Source: Candidatus Limnocylindria bacterium | Lineage (GTDB): Bacteria; Chloroflexota; Limnocylindria; P2-11E | Reading direction: 5' to 3' | DNA length: 59,202 nucleotides | NCBI GenBank assembly: GCA_036564905.1 | Contig: DATCOD010000054.1 | Coordinates: 1-59,202, forward strand | Shown: positions 29,043 to 37,731 of the stretch, piece by piece | Layout: every line of letters begins with the position of its first letter | Position numbering within the stretch: position 1 is the stretch's first letter | Position numbers and translations under genes: made by a program | Notes under the pieces: model-generated | What the model saw: only the letters and a program-made list of their open reading frames with translations | What the model was told of the DNA's origin: nothing | Databases searched by the model: none

Positions 29043-29708
29043 ATGCGTCTGAGCCGGCCGCTTCGCGTCGTCGCGTTGGTCATCGCGATCGCCGCGCTCG
29101 CCCCCGGCGCCGCCGCGCTCGCGACGAGCCAGACGGTCGTCATCCAGAACTTCTCGTTCGCGCCGAGCCTGACGACGATCAACGTCGGCGAGAGCATCAC
29201 CTGGCACAATCTCGACGCGTTCAACCACACGGCGACGTCGGACACCGGCGCGTTCGACACCGCCATCCCGGCTGCGGGCAACAAGACCATCCCGTTCTCC
29301 GTCGCGGGCAGCTACGCCTACCACTGCTCGATCCACCCGACGATGAAGGGGACGGTCGTCGTGCTCGGCGCGACCGCGACCCCGACCCCGGCACCGCCGA
29401 CCCCGGTGCCCACGCCGCGGCCCACCGCGCCGCCCACGGCCGCGCCGACGGTGGCGCCGACCGCGAGCCCGAGCTCGGTGCCAAGCGCGTCGGCGAGCCC
29501 GAGCCCAGCGCCATCCGCCACACCGTCGCCCGCGCCGACGCCGGCGCCGACACCGATCGCGACCCCGACGAGCGCCGTCGTGGCGAGCCCGCGGGTCGGG
29601 GCGGGCCCCGACCTGGGCAGTGGCCCCGGGCCGATCCTGGCCGCCGGAGCCCTGGTGTTGGCGCTCGGGCTCGTCGCGTCGGCGCTCTACCTGTACCGGC
29701 GCAGATGA
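29043..29708 (+). CDS. Exported cupredoxin (plastocyanin/amicyanin-like) with Pro/Thr linker and C-terminal membrane anchor
   Basis: Signal peptide, FSFAPS, HTATSD, YHCSIHPTMKG type 1 Cu ligands, PT-rich tract, TM helix plus RRR. CTG 29049 is an alternative start. Confidence 0.85.
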   Translation: MRLSRPLRVVALVIAIAALAPGAAALATSQTVVIQNFSFAPSLTTINVGESITWHNLDAFNHTATSDTGAFDTAIPAAGNKTIPFSVAGSYAYHCSIHPTMKGTVVVLGATATPTPAPPTPVPTPRPTAPPTAAPTVAPTASPSSVPSASASPSPAPSATPSPAPTPAPTPIATPTSAVVASPRVGAGPDLGSGPGPILAAGALVLALGLVASALYLYRRR

Positions 29709-29767
29709 CGATCGGGTAACCGGCTCGGTCCAACGCGGTGGCAATGGCTATGCACTCACACCTGGGC

Positions 29768-30094
29768 ATGAACGAGTGGCTCGACGGCGTGTTCGGAACG
29801 GTCCGGTGCGCGAATTGTGGCGCGGTCTACGGGCAAGCCTCGATCGCGGTCGTCGGCAACCGCGATGACTACTGGTTCGTGCGGTGCACCTGTGAGACAT
29901 GCGGCACGCAGGGCCTCGGCGTGGTCATCGTGAAGCGGGTGGTCGGAGGGCCTCCGGCCACCATGCCGCCGCATCCAGTGCTCGCGGAAGGCGAGACGCG
30001 CATCCGGGTCGACGACGTGCTCGAAGCGCACGAGCTCCTGCGCGATCACATCGGGGACATCCACGGTCTGTTCGAAAAGGTCCCCGGCCGCTAG
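29768..30094 (+). CDS. Small Cys-rich, probably zinc-binding protein
   Basis: CANC and CTCETC motifs, C-terminal DDVLEAHELL; start uncertain (29738-29768). Confidence 0.7.
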   Translation: MNEWLDGVFGTVRCANCGAVYGQASIAVVGNRDDYWFVRCTCETCGTQGLGVVIVKRVVGGPPATMPPHPVLAEGETRIRVDDVLEAHELLRDHIGDIHGLFEKVPGR

Positions 30095-30113
30095 GTGAGA
30101 CAATGGCGGTCCG

Positions 30114-30680
30114 ATGACGACCGCCGTGAAGGGCCCCGCCGATGACATCGCGGAGATCCTCCTCGATGCCGCGACCATCGAGCAGAAGGTACGCGAGCTG
30201 GGCGCGCGCATCGCTGACGATTACGCCGGTCGCGATCTCGTCCTGGTCAGTGTCCTCAAAGGTGCCCTCCCCTTCCTCGCCGATCTCATGCGCGAGGTCC
30301 CGATCTACTGCTCGCTCGACTTCCTCGAAGTCTCCTCATATGGCGCCGGCACGACCTCGAGCGGCGTCGTGCGCATCCTGAAGGACCTCGCCAAGCCGAT
30401 CGAGGGCCGCGATGTGCTCATCGTCGAGGACATCCTGGACACCGGCCACACCCTGAACTACGTGATCGAGCACCTCCGGGGCAAGCAGCCGTCCTCGCTG
30501 GGCCTGTGCGCGCTCCTGGACAAGCCGTCGCGCCGGGTCGTGCCGATCGCGGTCGATTACAAAGGCTTCGAGATCCCGGACAAGTTCGTCGTCGGGTACG
30601 GCCTGGACTTCGCGGAGCGCTACCGCAATCTGCCGTTCATCGGCGTGTTGAAGCCAGAGGTGTACGCGGGGCTCGCATGA
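30114..30680 (+). CDS. hpt: Hypoxanthine phosphoribosyltransferase
   Basis: VLKGA, VSSYG, VLIVEDILDTGHTL, FVVGYGLDFAERYRNLP. Confidence 0.97.
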   Translation: MTTAVKGPADDIAEILLDAATIEQKVRELGARIADDYAGRDLVLVSVLKGALPFLADLMREVPIYCSLDFLEVSSYGAGTTSSGVVRILKDLAKPIEGRDVLIVEDILDTGHTLNYVIEHLRGKQPSSLGLCALLDKPSRRVVPIAVDYKGFEIPDKFVVGYGLDFAERYRNLPFIGVLKPEVYAGLA

Positions 30681-32170
30681 GGCTGGTCTGCGCGACCGTG
30701 ATCGTCGTCGCGAGCGTGCTCGCCGGCGCGCGGCCGGCATCGGCGTCGATCCTGCCGGCACTGCCATCGACCGTTCGCGTGAACGTCAGCGGCCTCGGCG
30801 TCACGTCCGTCGTGATCTCCTCGACCGGCACCATCTCGGCCATCGCCCCCGACGGCACGCTCCTGTATCGCGGTGGGGGCAGGACCCTCGCCCGCACGAA
30901 TGTCCGCTCACTGGCGGCCCTGGGCGTCGAGCTGCCACCGCTCGAGTCCGCGGGGGCGCTCTCTCGAGAGGCTCGCGCCGATCGCACATCGCTCATCCGG
31001 GAGGCACGGCAGGAGATCGCGGACAGCGGACCGCGCGCCGTCGTGACCGTGCCGTTCCAGCTTTCGCTCCTGCAGAGCGCCGACGACAGCGTCGGCACGG
31101 TCGTGCTGCAGGGCGATCGGATCCAGGGGGTCACCTTCCAGACGAACGACGGGACCCTCATGGTCGACGGGAAGGCGTTCCGCGGCAGCTTCCAGCTCTC
31201 GCCCGACGACGAGGGCGACATGATCGTCGTGAACACCGTCTCCACGCACGACTATCTCGCGTCGGTCGTGGGGTCGGAGGAGCCATCGTCCTGGGAGGAC
31301 GAGGCGCTCGCGGCGCAGGCGATCGCGGCACGCACGTACCTCTACACGCATCTCGCCAAGCACGACAGCTACGACCTCGAGGGAGACACCCGCGACCAGC
31401 AGTACGACGGCACGATGGACGAGGATGCGCGCACGTTGAAGGCGGTCGAGCGCACCGCCGGCCTCGTCGTGACCTATCGCGGCGCTCCGATCGAGGCGCT
31501 CTACTCCGCGAACGCCGGCGGCGTGACCGAGGACTCGGAGAATGTGTTCCCGAATTCGCTGCCGTACCTGCGAAGCGTTCCGTCGCCCACGGACGTCATC
31601 GCGATGGACAGCTCGTGGGGCCGCACGAGCTACGAATGGACGGCGGAGCGCAGCGCGTCTCAGCTGCGGGTCCTCCTGCAACGCCGCGGGGTCGACGTTG
31701 GGACGCCGACCGCGATCCGGCTCACGAGTGTCTCGGCGACCGGGCGGGTCGTCGGCGCGACCGTCGTCGGCACGACCGGCTCGGCGCCGGTCGGAAAGGA
31801 CAAGGTGCGCTCGTACTTCGGGCTCATGAGCTCGCTGTTCACGGTCACGGTCCTGCCGACCGGCGCGAACGAGCGGGTCGACGCGACGAACGCCGACCGC
31901 ATCGCGGCGCTCGACACGCTGGGCGCGCGCGTCGCGCAGACGAGCTTCGATGTCGTGCGCGACGGCAACGGCAACGAGCTCGGTCTACGTGTGACGGGCT
32001 ACGTGTACGCGCTGCCCGCGACGTTCACGTTCACCGGCAGGGGGTTCGGTCACGGCGTCGGGATGTCCCAGTGGGGCGCGCAGGGCATGGCCGTGAACGG
32101 CGCTTCGTATCAGCAGATCCTCGCCCACTACTACGTCGGCACGGCGCTCACAGTGGTGGGTGGCGGCTAG
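30677..32170 (+). CDS. Exported SpoIID/LytB-domain protein
   Basis: Signal peptide from ATG 30677 (ATGA overlap); YLASVVGSE, ALAAQAIAARTY, GRGFGHGVGMSQWGA, ILAHYY. Confidence 0.88.
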   Translation: MRLVCATVIVVASVLAGARPASASILPALPSTVRVNVSGLGVTSVVISSTGTISAIAPDGTLLYRGGGRTLARTNVRSLAALGVELPPLESAGALSREARADRTSLIREARQEIADSGPRAVVTVPFQLSLLQSADDSVGTVVLQGDRIQGVTFQTNDGTLMVDGKAFRGSFQLSPDDEGDMIVVNTVSTHDYLASVVGSEEPSSWEDEALAAQAIAARTYLYTHLAKHDSYDLEGDTRDQQYDGTMDEDARTLKAVERTAGLVVTYRGAPIEALYSANAGGVTEDSENVFPNSLPYLRSVPSPTDVIAMDSSWGRTSYEWTAERSASQLRVLLQRRGVDVGTPTAIRLTSVSATGRVVGATVVGTTGSAPVGKDKVRSYFGLMSSLFTVTVLPTGANERVDATNADRIAALDTLGARVAQTSFDVVRDGNGNELGLRVTGYVYALPATFTFTGRGFGHGVGMSQWGAQGMAVNGASYQQILAHYYVGTALTVVGGG

Positions 32171-32182
32171 CGCTCCGCCGGG

Positions 32183-33220
32183 CTAGGTGACCATCGCGGT
32201 GGCCGCGCGGATCGGGACCTTCACCTGGAGCACGACGGTGCCGTCGGGCCGCGTCTCGTGCGTCGACTCGCCCTTCAGGAGCTCGAGCCGCTCGCTGCGA
32301 CGGAGCCCGGAGGCAAGCTCCCCGTCGGACGGAAGATCCTTGCCATCGCTCTGGAGGTGGATCTCGAGCACCTCGTCCTTCCAGGTCATCCCGAGGACGA
32401 TGTCCTTCGCGTCACCCTTCTCGATCCGCTCGACGAGCGAATCCTGGATGAGCCGGAAGATCGCGACCTCGTCGTCCGACGGAAGGCGGCGATCGCGGCC
32501 GGTGCTCGAGAAGTCGATGCGGATGCCGTGCTTGTCCATCAGCGTCTGGATGTACCGGCGGAGCGTCGGCACGAGGCCAAGGTCGTCGAGGATCATCGGG
32601 CGCAGCTCGAAGATGAAGCCGCGCAGCTCCTGCAGGGTCTTGTTCACCATCTGGCGCAGCGCGGCCAGCTCCTTGCGGGAACGGTCCTGGTCCACGCTGT
32701 ACAGGCGCTCGCTGATCTCGGACTGGAGGACGACGTTCGCCATCGCCTGCGCCGGACCATCGTGGACCTGGCGCGCGATCCTGCGGCGTTCCTCCTCCTG
32801 CGTATCGACGACGGCCTGCAGCAGCTTGTTCTCGTCCAGCACCGGCGACGCGCCCGCGGGCATCGGCGGCGCAGTGAAGTCGGCGAGCTGGTCGCGCGCG
32901 CCCGCGACGAGCGTCTGCACGCGATCGAGCAGCTTGCGCTTCGCCTGCAGCGAGCCCATCTGGCCCTCCATGGTGAGGCGGCGGCCTTGCGCGGCGGCGA
33001 ACTCGTCGCCGGCGGCCATGGTGTCGTCGCGCTGGAAGTTCGCCTGGTTGCCGCGGATCTCGTCGAGCTTCATCTTGGCCGCGTCCTCGCGCGCCTTCAG
33101 GCGGTTCACCTCGGTCTGGGTGGACTCGATCAGGAGGTCGAGCTCGCGCATCTCAGCGGTGATCTTCGCCTGCTCAGACGTGAAGCTCGCGACGATCCCG
33201 ATCGGCGCCTGGCTCGCCAT
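32183..33220 (-). CDS. DegS-like HisKA_3 protein with degenerate ATP-binding domain (pseudokinase)
   Basis: Coiled-coil N-terminus, EERRRIARQVHDGPAQ, ELRPMILDDLGL; N, G1 and G2 boxes degenerate. Confidence 0.82.
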   Translation of the reverse strand: MASQAPIGIVASFTSEQAKITAEMRELDLLIESTQTEVNRLKAREDAAKMKLDEIRGNQANFQRDDTMAAGDEFAAAQGRRLTMEGQMGSLQAKRKLLDRVQTLVAGARDQLADFTAPPMPAGASPVLDENKLLQAVVDTQEEERRRIARQVHDGPAQAMANVVLQSEISERLYSVDQDRSRKELAALRQMVNKTLQELRGFIFELRPMILDDLGLVPTLRRYIQTLMDKHGIRIDFSSTGRDRRLPSDDEVAIFRLIQDSLVERIEKGDAKDIVLGMTWKDEVLEIHLQSDGKDLPSDGELASGLRRSERLELLKGESTHETRPDGTVVLQVKVPIRAATAMVT

Positions 33221-33240
33221 CAGCGCGCTGGCCCCTTCAC

Positions 33241-33945
33241 TTAGTTCCCGATCTCCGGTCCCTTGATCCAGCCCTGGCGGATCGCGTACACGACAGCCTG
33301 GGTGCGATCGTTCACGGACAGCTTGCGCAGGATGCTCGACATGTGGTTCTTCACCGTCTGCTCCGAGATCGCGAGGGTATACGCGACCTCCTTGTTCGTC
33401 ATGCCCTGCGCGATGTTGTCCAGGATCTGGACCTCTCTGGGAGAAAGGGGCGCGAAAACATGGGAACTGCCAGGGCCGTAGACGGAGAGCTCGCGGAACT
33501 CGGCGAGCACCTTCGTCGCGACCGCGGGCTTCGCGAAGATCTTCTCGTTGATGATGAACTGGCCGCTCCGGACCTTGCGGATGGAGTCGACGAGCTCCAT
33601 CGGGTCGCAGTCCTTGTTCAGGTAGGCCGCGGCGCCCGCGCGGATCGCGTCGAAGAGGGTCTGCTCTTCCTCCAGCGCGGTGAGGATCACGACCGCGACG
33701 TGCGGCAGCTCGCGGCGCACCTTCTGGGTCGCCTTGATGCCCGAGAGCTGGGGCAGCTCGACCTCGATGATGAGGACGTCGGGCTCGAGCTCGATCGTCT
33801 TCGCGACCGCGTCCTCTCCGTCGGTCACGACGGCGAGGATCTCCATATCGGCTTCCTTCTCGAGGACCTGCACGATGCCGAGGGTCGTAAGGCGGCTCGC
33901 GTCGGCGAGAACGATCCGGATGGCCTTCTCAGGCTTATCGGCCAA
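33241..33945 (-). CDS. NarL/DegU-family response regulator with atypical receiver
   Basis: Receiver plus LuxR HTH (LSPREVQIL...TNKEVA...TVKNHMSSILRKL); PDVLIIEVELP has Glu at the Asp site; AAGGAGG RBS. Confidence 0.92.
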   Translation of the reverse strand: MADKPEKAIRIVLADASRLTTLGIVQVLEKEADMEILAVVTDGEDAVAKTIELEPDVLIIEVELPQLSGIKATQKVRRELPHVAVVILTALEEEQTLFDAIRAGAAAYLNKDCDPMELVDSIRKVRSGQFIINEKIFAKPAVATKVLAEFRELSVYGPGSSHVFAPLSPREVQILDNIAQGMTNKEVAYTLAISEQTVKNHMSSILRKLSVNDRTQAVVYAIRQGWIKGPEIGN

Positions 33946-34921
33946 GCGCGTCGCCCTCCTTGATGCTCAGTGGAAGCAGAAGTGTAACGGCGGTCCCCTG
34001 TCCGGGCGTCGACTGCACCTGCAGTCGCCCGCCGATGAGCTCGGCGCGCTCGCGCATCGCGAGGAGCCCAACGGACCGCTGGCGGCGCGCGACCTTCACC
34101 AGATCGAACCCGACGCCGTCGTCGGTACAGTGCATCGCCCACTGATCCTTCGACTTCTGCCACACGATGCCGACGGTCGCGGCGTTCGCGTGCTTGTGCA
34201 CATTCTGCAACGCCTCCTGCATCACGCGATAGATCGCGAGCTCCTGCGCCGGTTCGAGGCCGGTCTCGTCGACGTCGAGGTGACAGTCGACGCGTAGACC
34301 GTAGCGGGCCTGGAACTCGGTCGCGTAGTTGCGGATCGCGCCCGCGAGACCGAGCTCCGACAGGACCGGTGGCCGCAGGTCGTAGATCATGCCGCGCACG
34401 GCGTCGAGCGAGGTGCGGAACTGGCTCTTCAGGTTCGCGAGCTCCGCCTTCAGCGCGGTGCGCGCCTCACCTGTGGCGCGGTCGGCGATGCGCTCGATGT
34501 ATTCGACCTCGAACGTCGCGTTCGCGAGGACCTGCGCCGGACCGTCATGGACGTCGCGGTACAGGCGCTCGCGCTCCGCCTCGAGGCTCTCGAGCACGCG
34601 CTGAGCGACGGTCACGAGCTTCTCTTGGTCCTGTTCGCGCTGCGGCTCCATGCCGGTGCCACCGAGGTACGCCGCGCTCGACTCGATGTGACCGATGGCC
34701 AGCTGCAGCTGCTTCAGGCGGCGGAAGGCGCGCTGGGAAGCCTCGTCCGGCGACCCCGACGTGCGCGACTGGCCCTCCGCGCGTTTCTGGTACGCGCGCT
34801 GGAACTTCTCGACGTGCTGCCGCAGACGGCGCACGTCGCGCCGCAGCCCGTCGACGATGAGGTCGAACTGACCGTCAAGGTCGTCTTCGCGCGGAAGCTT
34901 GGCCGGGGTGGGCTCGTTCGT
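33935..34921 (-). CDS. Soluble DegS-like histidine kinase; start probably ACG 34921 (ORF track: GTG 34834)
   Basis: DVHDGPAQ H-box, QEALQNVHKHA N-box, DDGVGFD G1, GLLAMRERAELIGG, PGQGT. Confidence 0.9.
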   Translation of the reverse strand, partial: TNEPTPAKLPREDDLDGQFDLIVDGLRRDVRRLRQHVEKFQRAYQKRAEGQSRTSGSPDEASQRAFRRLKQLQLAIGHIESSAAYLGGTGMEPQREQDQEKLVTVAQRVLESLEAERERLYRDVHDGPAQVLANATFEVEYIERIADRATGEARTALKAELANLKSQFRTSLDAVRGMIYDLRPPVLSELGLAGAIRNYATEFQARYGLRVDCHLDVDETGLEPAQELAIYRVMQEALQNVHKHANAATVGIVWQKSKDQWAMHCTDDGVGFDLVKVARRQRSVGLLAMRERAELIGGRLQVQSTPGQGTAVTLLLPLSIKEGDALGR

Positions 34922-34948
34922 GTAGGCATGGTACGAGCGCGACGCGCG

Positions 34949-36355
34949 CTATGGGACATCGATGAGGATGAACGTCTCGGACGAGGCGCGGATGGGCCAT
35001 CCGAGAGCGCGAGCGCGCACGGCCACCGGGTCGGTGGGCCTGACCAGGATCTGGCGGACCTGGCGGCGCGCGATGACATCGCGCCAGCCCGGGTGCACGC
35101 CGACGACCGTCACGTAGTCATCCAGGACGGCGCCGAGGTACGGGATCAGGCGCCCATCGACGAACACCGGGGTCTTCGGCGCGCTCCAGATGAGAAAGCC
35201 GCCCCAGTCGTACTGATTGAGCAGGCCCGGACCGGGATCGAGCAGCGGCAGCGCCGCCGTCGGGAATCCGCCGAGCGCCGGGGCGCCGACGCCGGTCGCG
35301 ACCGCCACCCAGAGCGTGACCGCCGCGATCGCGGCGACCGCGAGATCCGCTGCGCGGCCAAGCCGCGGCGCTCCCACAGCGCGCCGCGGCGTCCGTGGCC
35401 GAAGCCGGGCCGTGAGCTCCGTGATCACCTCGCTGCCGTGCGCCGCGAGATACGGGACCGCCGCGATCGCGAAGAGCGGCATCAGCCGCGACGCGATGAG
35501 CGACAGGAAGAGCACCGGCACCAGCACGACGCCATCGCGCGGCACGCGCGTACGAGCGAAGAGCGCCGTCGCGAGCGTCGCGAAGATGGCGACCGCGAAG
35601 ATGGCTCCGGGCAGCGTCGTGACGTCAGGGACGCTCCACTCCTGGATCTCGCGCGGTGGGTGCAGCAGATGGAACCCCGGCGCGGTCCAGGTGCCGAGGC
35701 CGGCCGGCGTGATCAGGCTCGCCACGAGCGACGCGATCGCCGTCGCCACGTACTGGCGACGGCGCAAGGGCTCCGCGATCGCGCCCTCGATCGCGACGAG
35801 CAGGACGAGCACGACGCCGAGAGCGAACGAGCCATGGAGGTTCGCCCACACGACGATGAGCGGCGGGATCGCGTACAGCGCGCGCAGGCTGCCGTTCCGT
35901 CCCGCGCGCAGAAGCACGCTGAATGCCGCGAAGCAGACGAGGCCGAAGAGCTCGGGGCGCTCCGTCCAGACGAACCAGGAGAGCCCGATGGCCGGCAGCG
36001 CCGCGACCAGCGCGGCGAGCGGCCGCGCGGGCCGCTCGCGCAGCGCTGCGTACACGATGAGCCCGACGAGCAGGGCGACGGCGATCGCGCGCACCGCGAC
36101 GATCCCCCGCCAGTCGCCGGCGTCGAACGCCTTGGCCAAGAGCGCCTGGCCCAGCCACTGGTCGCTGGAGCCGGGAAACCCGAGCGCGGTCCACGACAGC
36201 CCGGACACCGCCTCCGGCACCGCGACGGCGCCCCGCAGCGCCTGATGACCGAGGACGAGGTGCCAGAAGACATCGCTGTCGCCGACCGGCAGCCGCGTCG
36301 ACGCCGCCGCGAAGGCCGCGGCCGCGGCGACCGGGACGACGAGGGGTGTCCTCAC
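34949..36355 (-). CDS. Polytopic membrane protein, putative GT-C glycosyltransferase (paralog 2)
   Basis: DSDVFWHL, QWL, RPELF, WANLHG, IQEW, LLNQYDWGGFLI, VFVDGR; GTGA coupling. Confidence 0.75.
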   Translation of the reverse strand: MRTPLVVPVAAAAAFAAASTRLPVGDSDVFWHLVLGHQALRGAVAVPEAVSGLSWTALGFPGSSDQWLGQALLAKAFDAGDWRGIVAVRAIAVALLVGLIVYAALRERPARPLAALVAALPAIGLSWFVWTERPELFGLVCFAAFSVLLRAGRNGSLRALYAIPPLIVVWANLHGSFALGVVLVLLVAIEGAIAEPLRRRQYVATAIASLVASLITPAGLGTWTAPGFHLLHPPREIQEWSVPDVTTLPGAIFAVAIFATLATALFARTRVPRDGVVLVPVLFLSLIASRLMPLFAIAAVPYLAAHGSEVITELTARLRPRTPRRAVGAPRLGRAADLAVAAIAAVTLWVAVATGVGAPALGGFPTAALPLLDPGPGLLNQYDWGGFLIWSAPKTPVFVDGRLIPYLGAVLDDYVTVVGVHPGWRDVIARRQVRQILVRPTDPVAVRARALGWPIRASSETFILIDVP

Positions 36356-37731
36356 GGCTTCTCCAGCAGGACGAAGGTCGGGCTTTCGGCCCGCACCGTC
36401 CAGCCGTCCTCGCGCAGCGCGACGGCGAGCGGCCGCACGGGCCGGAGCAGCACCTCGCGCACGTCGTACTTCGCGAGGATGTCCCTCCAATCCGGCCGGA
36501 GCTCGACCGCGTCGCGGTAGTCGTTCAGCACCGCGGGGTAGAACGGGAACAGCCGTCCATCGACGAACACCTTGCGCTCCGGGACGCGATAGATCAGGTA
36601 GCCGCCCCAGTCGTACTCGTTCAGGAGCGGGCCGGAGCCGGTCCGGAGGAGCGGGACCGCGGCGACGGGATACGCGTGCTCGTCGGGGGCCGTCGGGGCA
36701 CCGGTCGCGGACGCGAGCGCACCGGCGCAAAGAAAGAGCGCGAGCGCCGCGGCCGCGGGCGGCGGGAGTGGTCGGAGCGGCGTCGCGCGCGGCCACACGC
36801 GGGCGAAGAGCCGAGCCAGGCCCGCGGCGACGAACGGCGTCGTGGCGAACACGAAGAACGCGAGCTGGCGCTGGGCCGAGAGCGCCAGCCACAACAACGG
36901 GATGAACAGCAGCGCCTCGAGCACGCCGCCGCCCTCGAACAGCGCGACGGCGAGGGTCGCGAGCAGGGATCCCGCGAAGATGGACCCTGACGGCTCGAGG
37001 ACGTCCGGCGGCGCCTCCTCACTGATGAATCGCGGAGGAGCGAGGGCGTGTCCGGCCGCGCCGGCCACGCCGAAGGTCTCGGGGTCCACCAACGACAGGG
37101 CGACGCTCGCGACCAGCACCAGCACCAGCGGAACGAACGCCGGTCGACGGCGAACGGCCGCCTCCACGACGAACGCGAGCACGAGCGCGATGCCGATCGC
37201 GTAGCCGCCATGCAGGTTCGCCCACACGAGAATGAGCGGCGGAATGACCAGGAGCGCGCGCCGCGATCCGGCGCGGGCGCTGTACAGCAGGTCGAGGATG
37301 ACCGGGAACAGCATGAAGGTGAAGATCGCGGGCCGGTCGGTCCACCGGCTCTTCGAGCAGATGAGCGCGAACCCCACGACGACGAGCGCGGCGATGAGCG
37401 GCGCGCCACCGCGGCGCGAGAGGCGCGCGAGGAAGAACGCCGCCACCGCGACGATGAGCGCCCTGAAGATCGCGAGGCCGGCCCAGCTCCCGGCATTGAA
37501 CACCAGCGTCAGGACGATCTCGCCGAGCCACTCACCGACGCTGTACGGCTGACCGCTCACCGTCGAGCTGAAAATGTCAGTCCGCAGGATCTCGCGGTGG
37601 TCGAGCATCCACTGGCCGCTCGCGAGGTGCCAGTACGTGTCGGGATCGCCCGACGGGAGACCGACCGCGAGCGTGAAGCCCGCGGCGGCGACGCCGATCG
37701 GGAAGGCGTTCCGAGCGAGCCAGCGCATCAC
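36352..37731 (-). CDS. Polytopic membrane protein, putative GT-C glycosyltransferase (paralog 1)
   Basis: DPDTYWHL, EWL, RPAIF, WANLHG, LLNEYDWGGYLI, VFVDGR; start GTG 37731 or ATG 37728. Confidence 0.75.
   Translation of the reverse strand: MMRWLARNAFPIGVAAAGFTLAVGLPSGDPDTYWHLASGQWMLDHREILRTDIFSSTVSGQPYSVGEWLGEIVLTLVFNAGSWAGLAIFRALIVAVAAFFLARLSRRGGAPLIAALVVVGFALICSKSRWTDRPAIFTFMLFPVILDLLYSARAGSRRALLVIPPLILVWANLHGGYAIGIALVLAFVVEAAVRRRPAFVPLVLVLVASVALSLVDPETFGVAGAAGHALAPPRFISEEAPPDVLEPSGSIFAGSLLATLAVALFEGGGVLEALLFIPLLWLALSAQRQLAFFVFATTPFVAAGLARLFARVWPRATPLRPLPPPAAAALALFLCAGALASATGAPTAPDEHAYPVAAVPLLRTGSGPLLNEYDWGGYLIYRVPERKVFVDGRLFPFYPAVLNDYRDAVELRPDWRDILAKYDVREVLLRPVRPLAVALREDGWTVRAESPTFVLLEKP

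Noticed and set aside
29370-29580. Repetitive CCGAC/CCGCG tract as a repeat array or CRISPR
   Set aside because: It encodes the Pro/Thr/Ala linker of the cupredoxin; there is no fixed repeat-spacer period.
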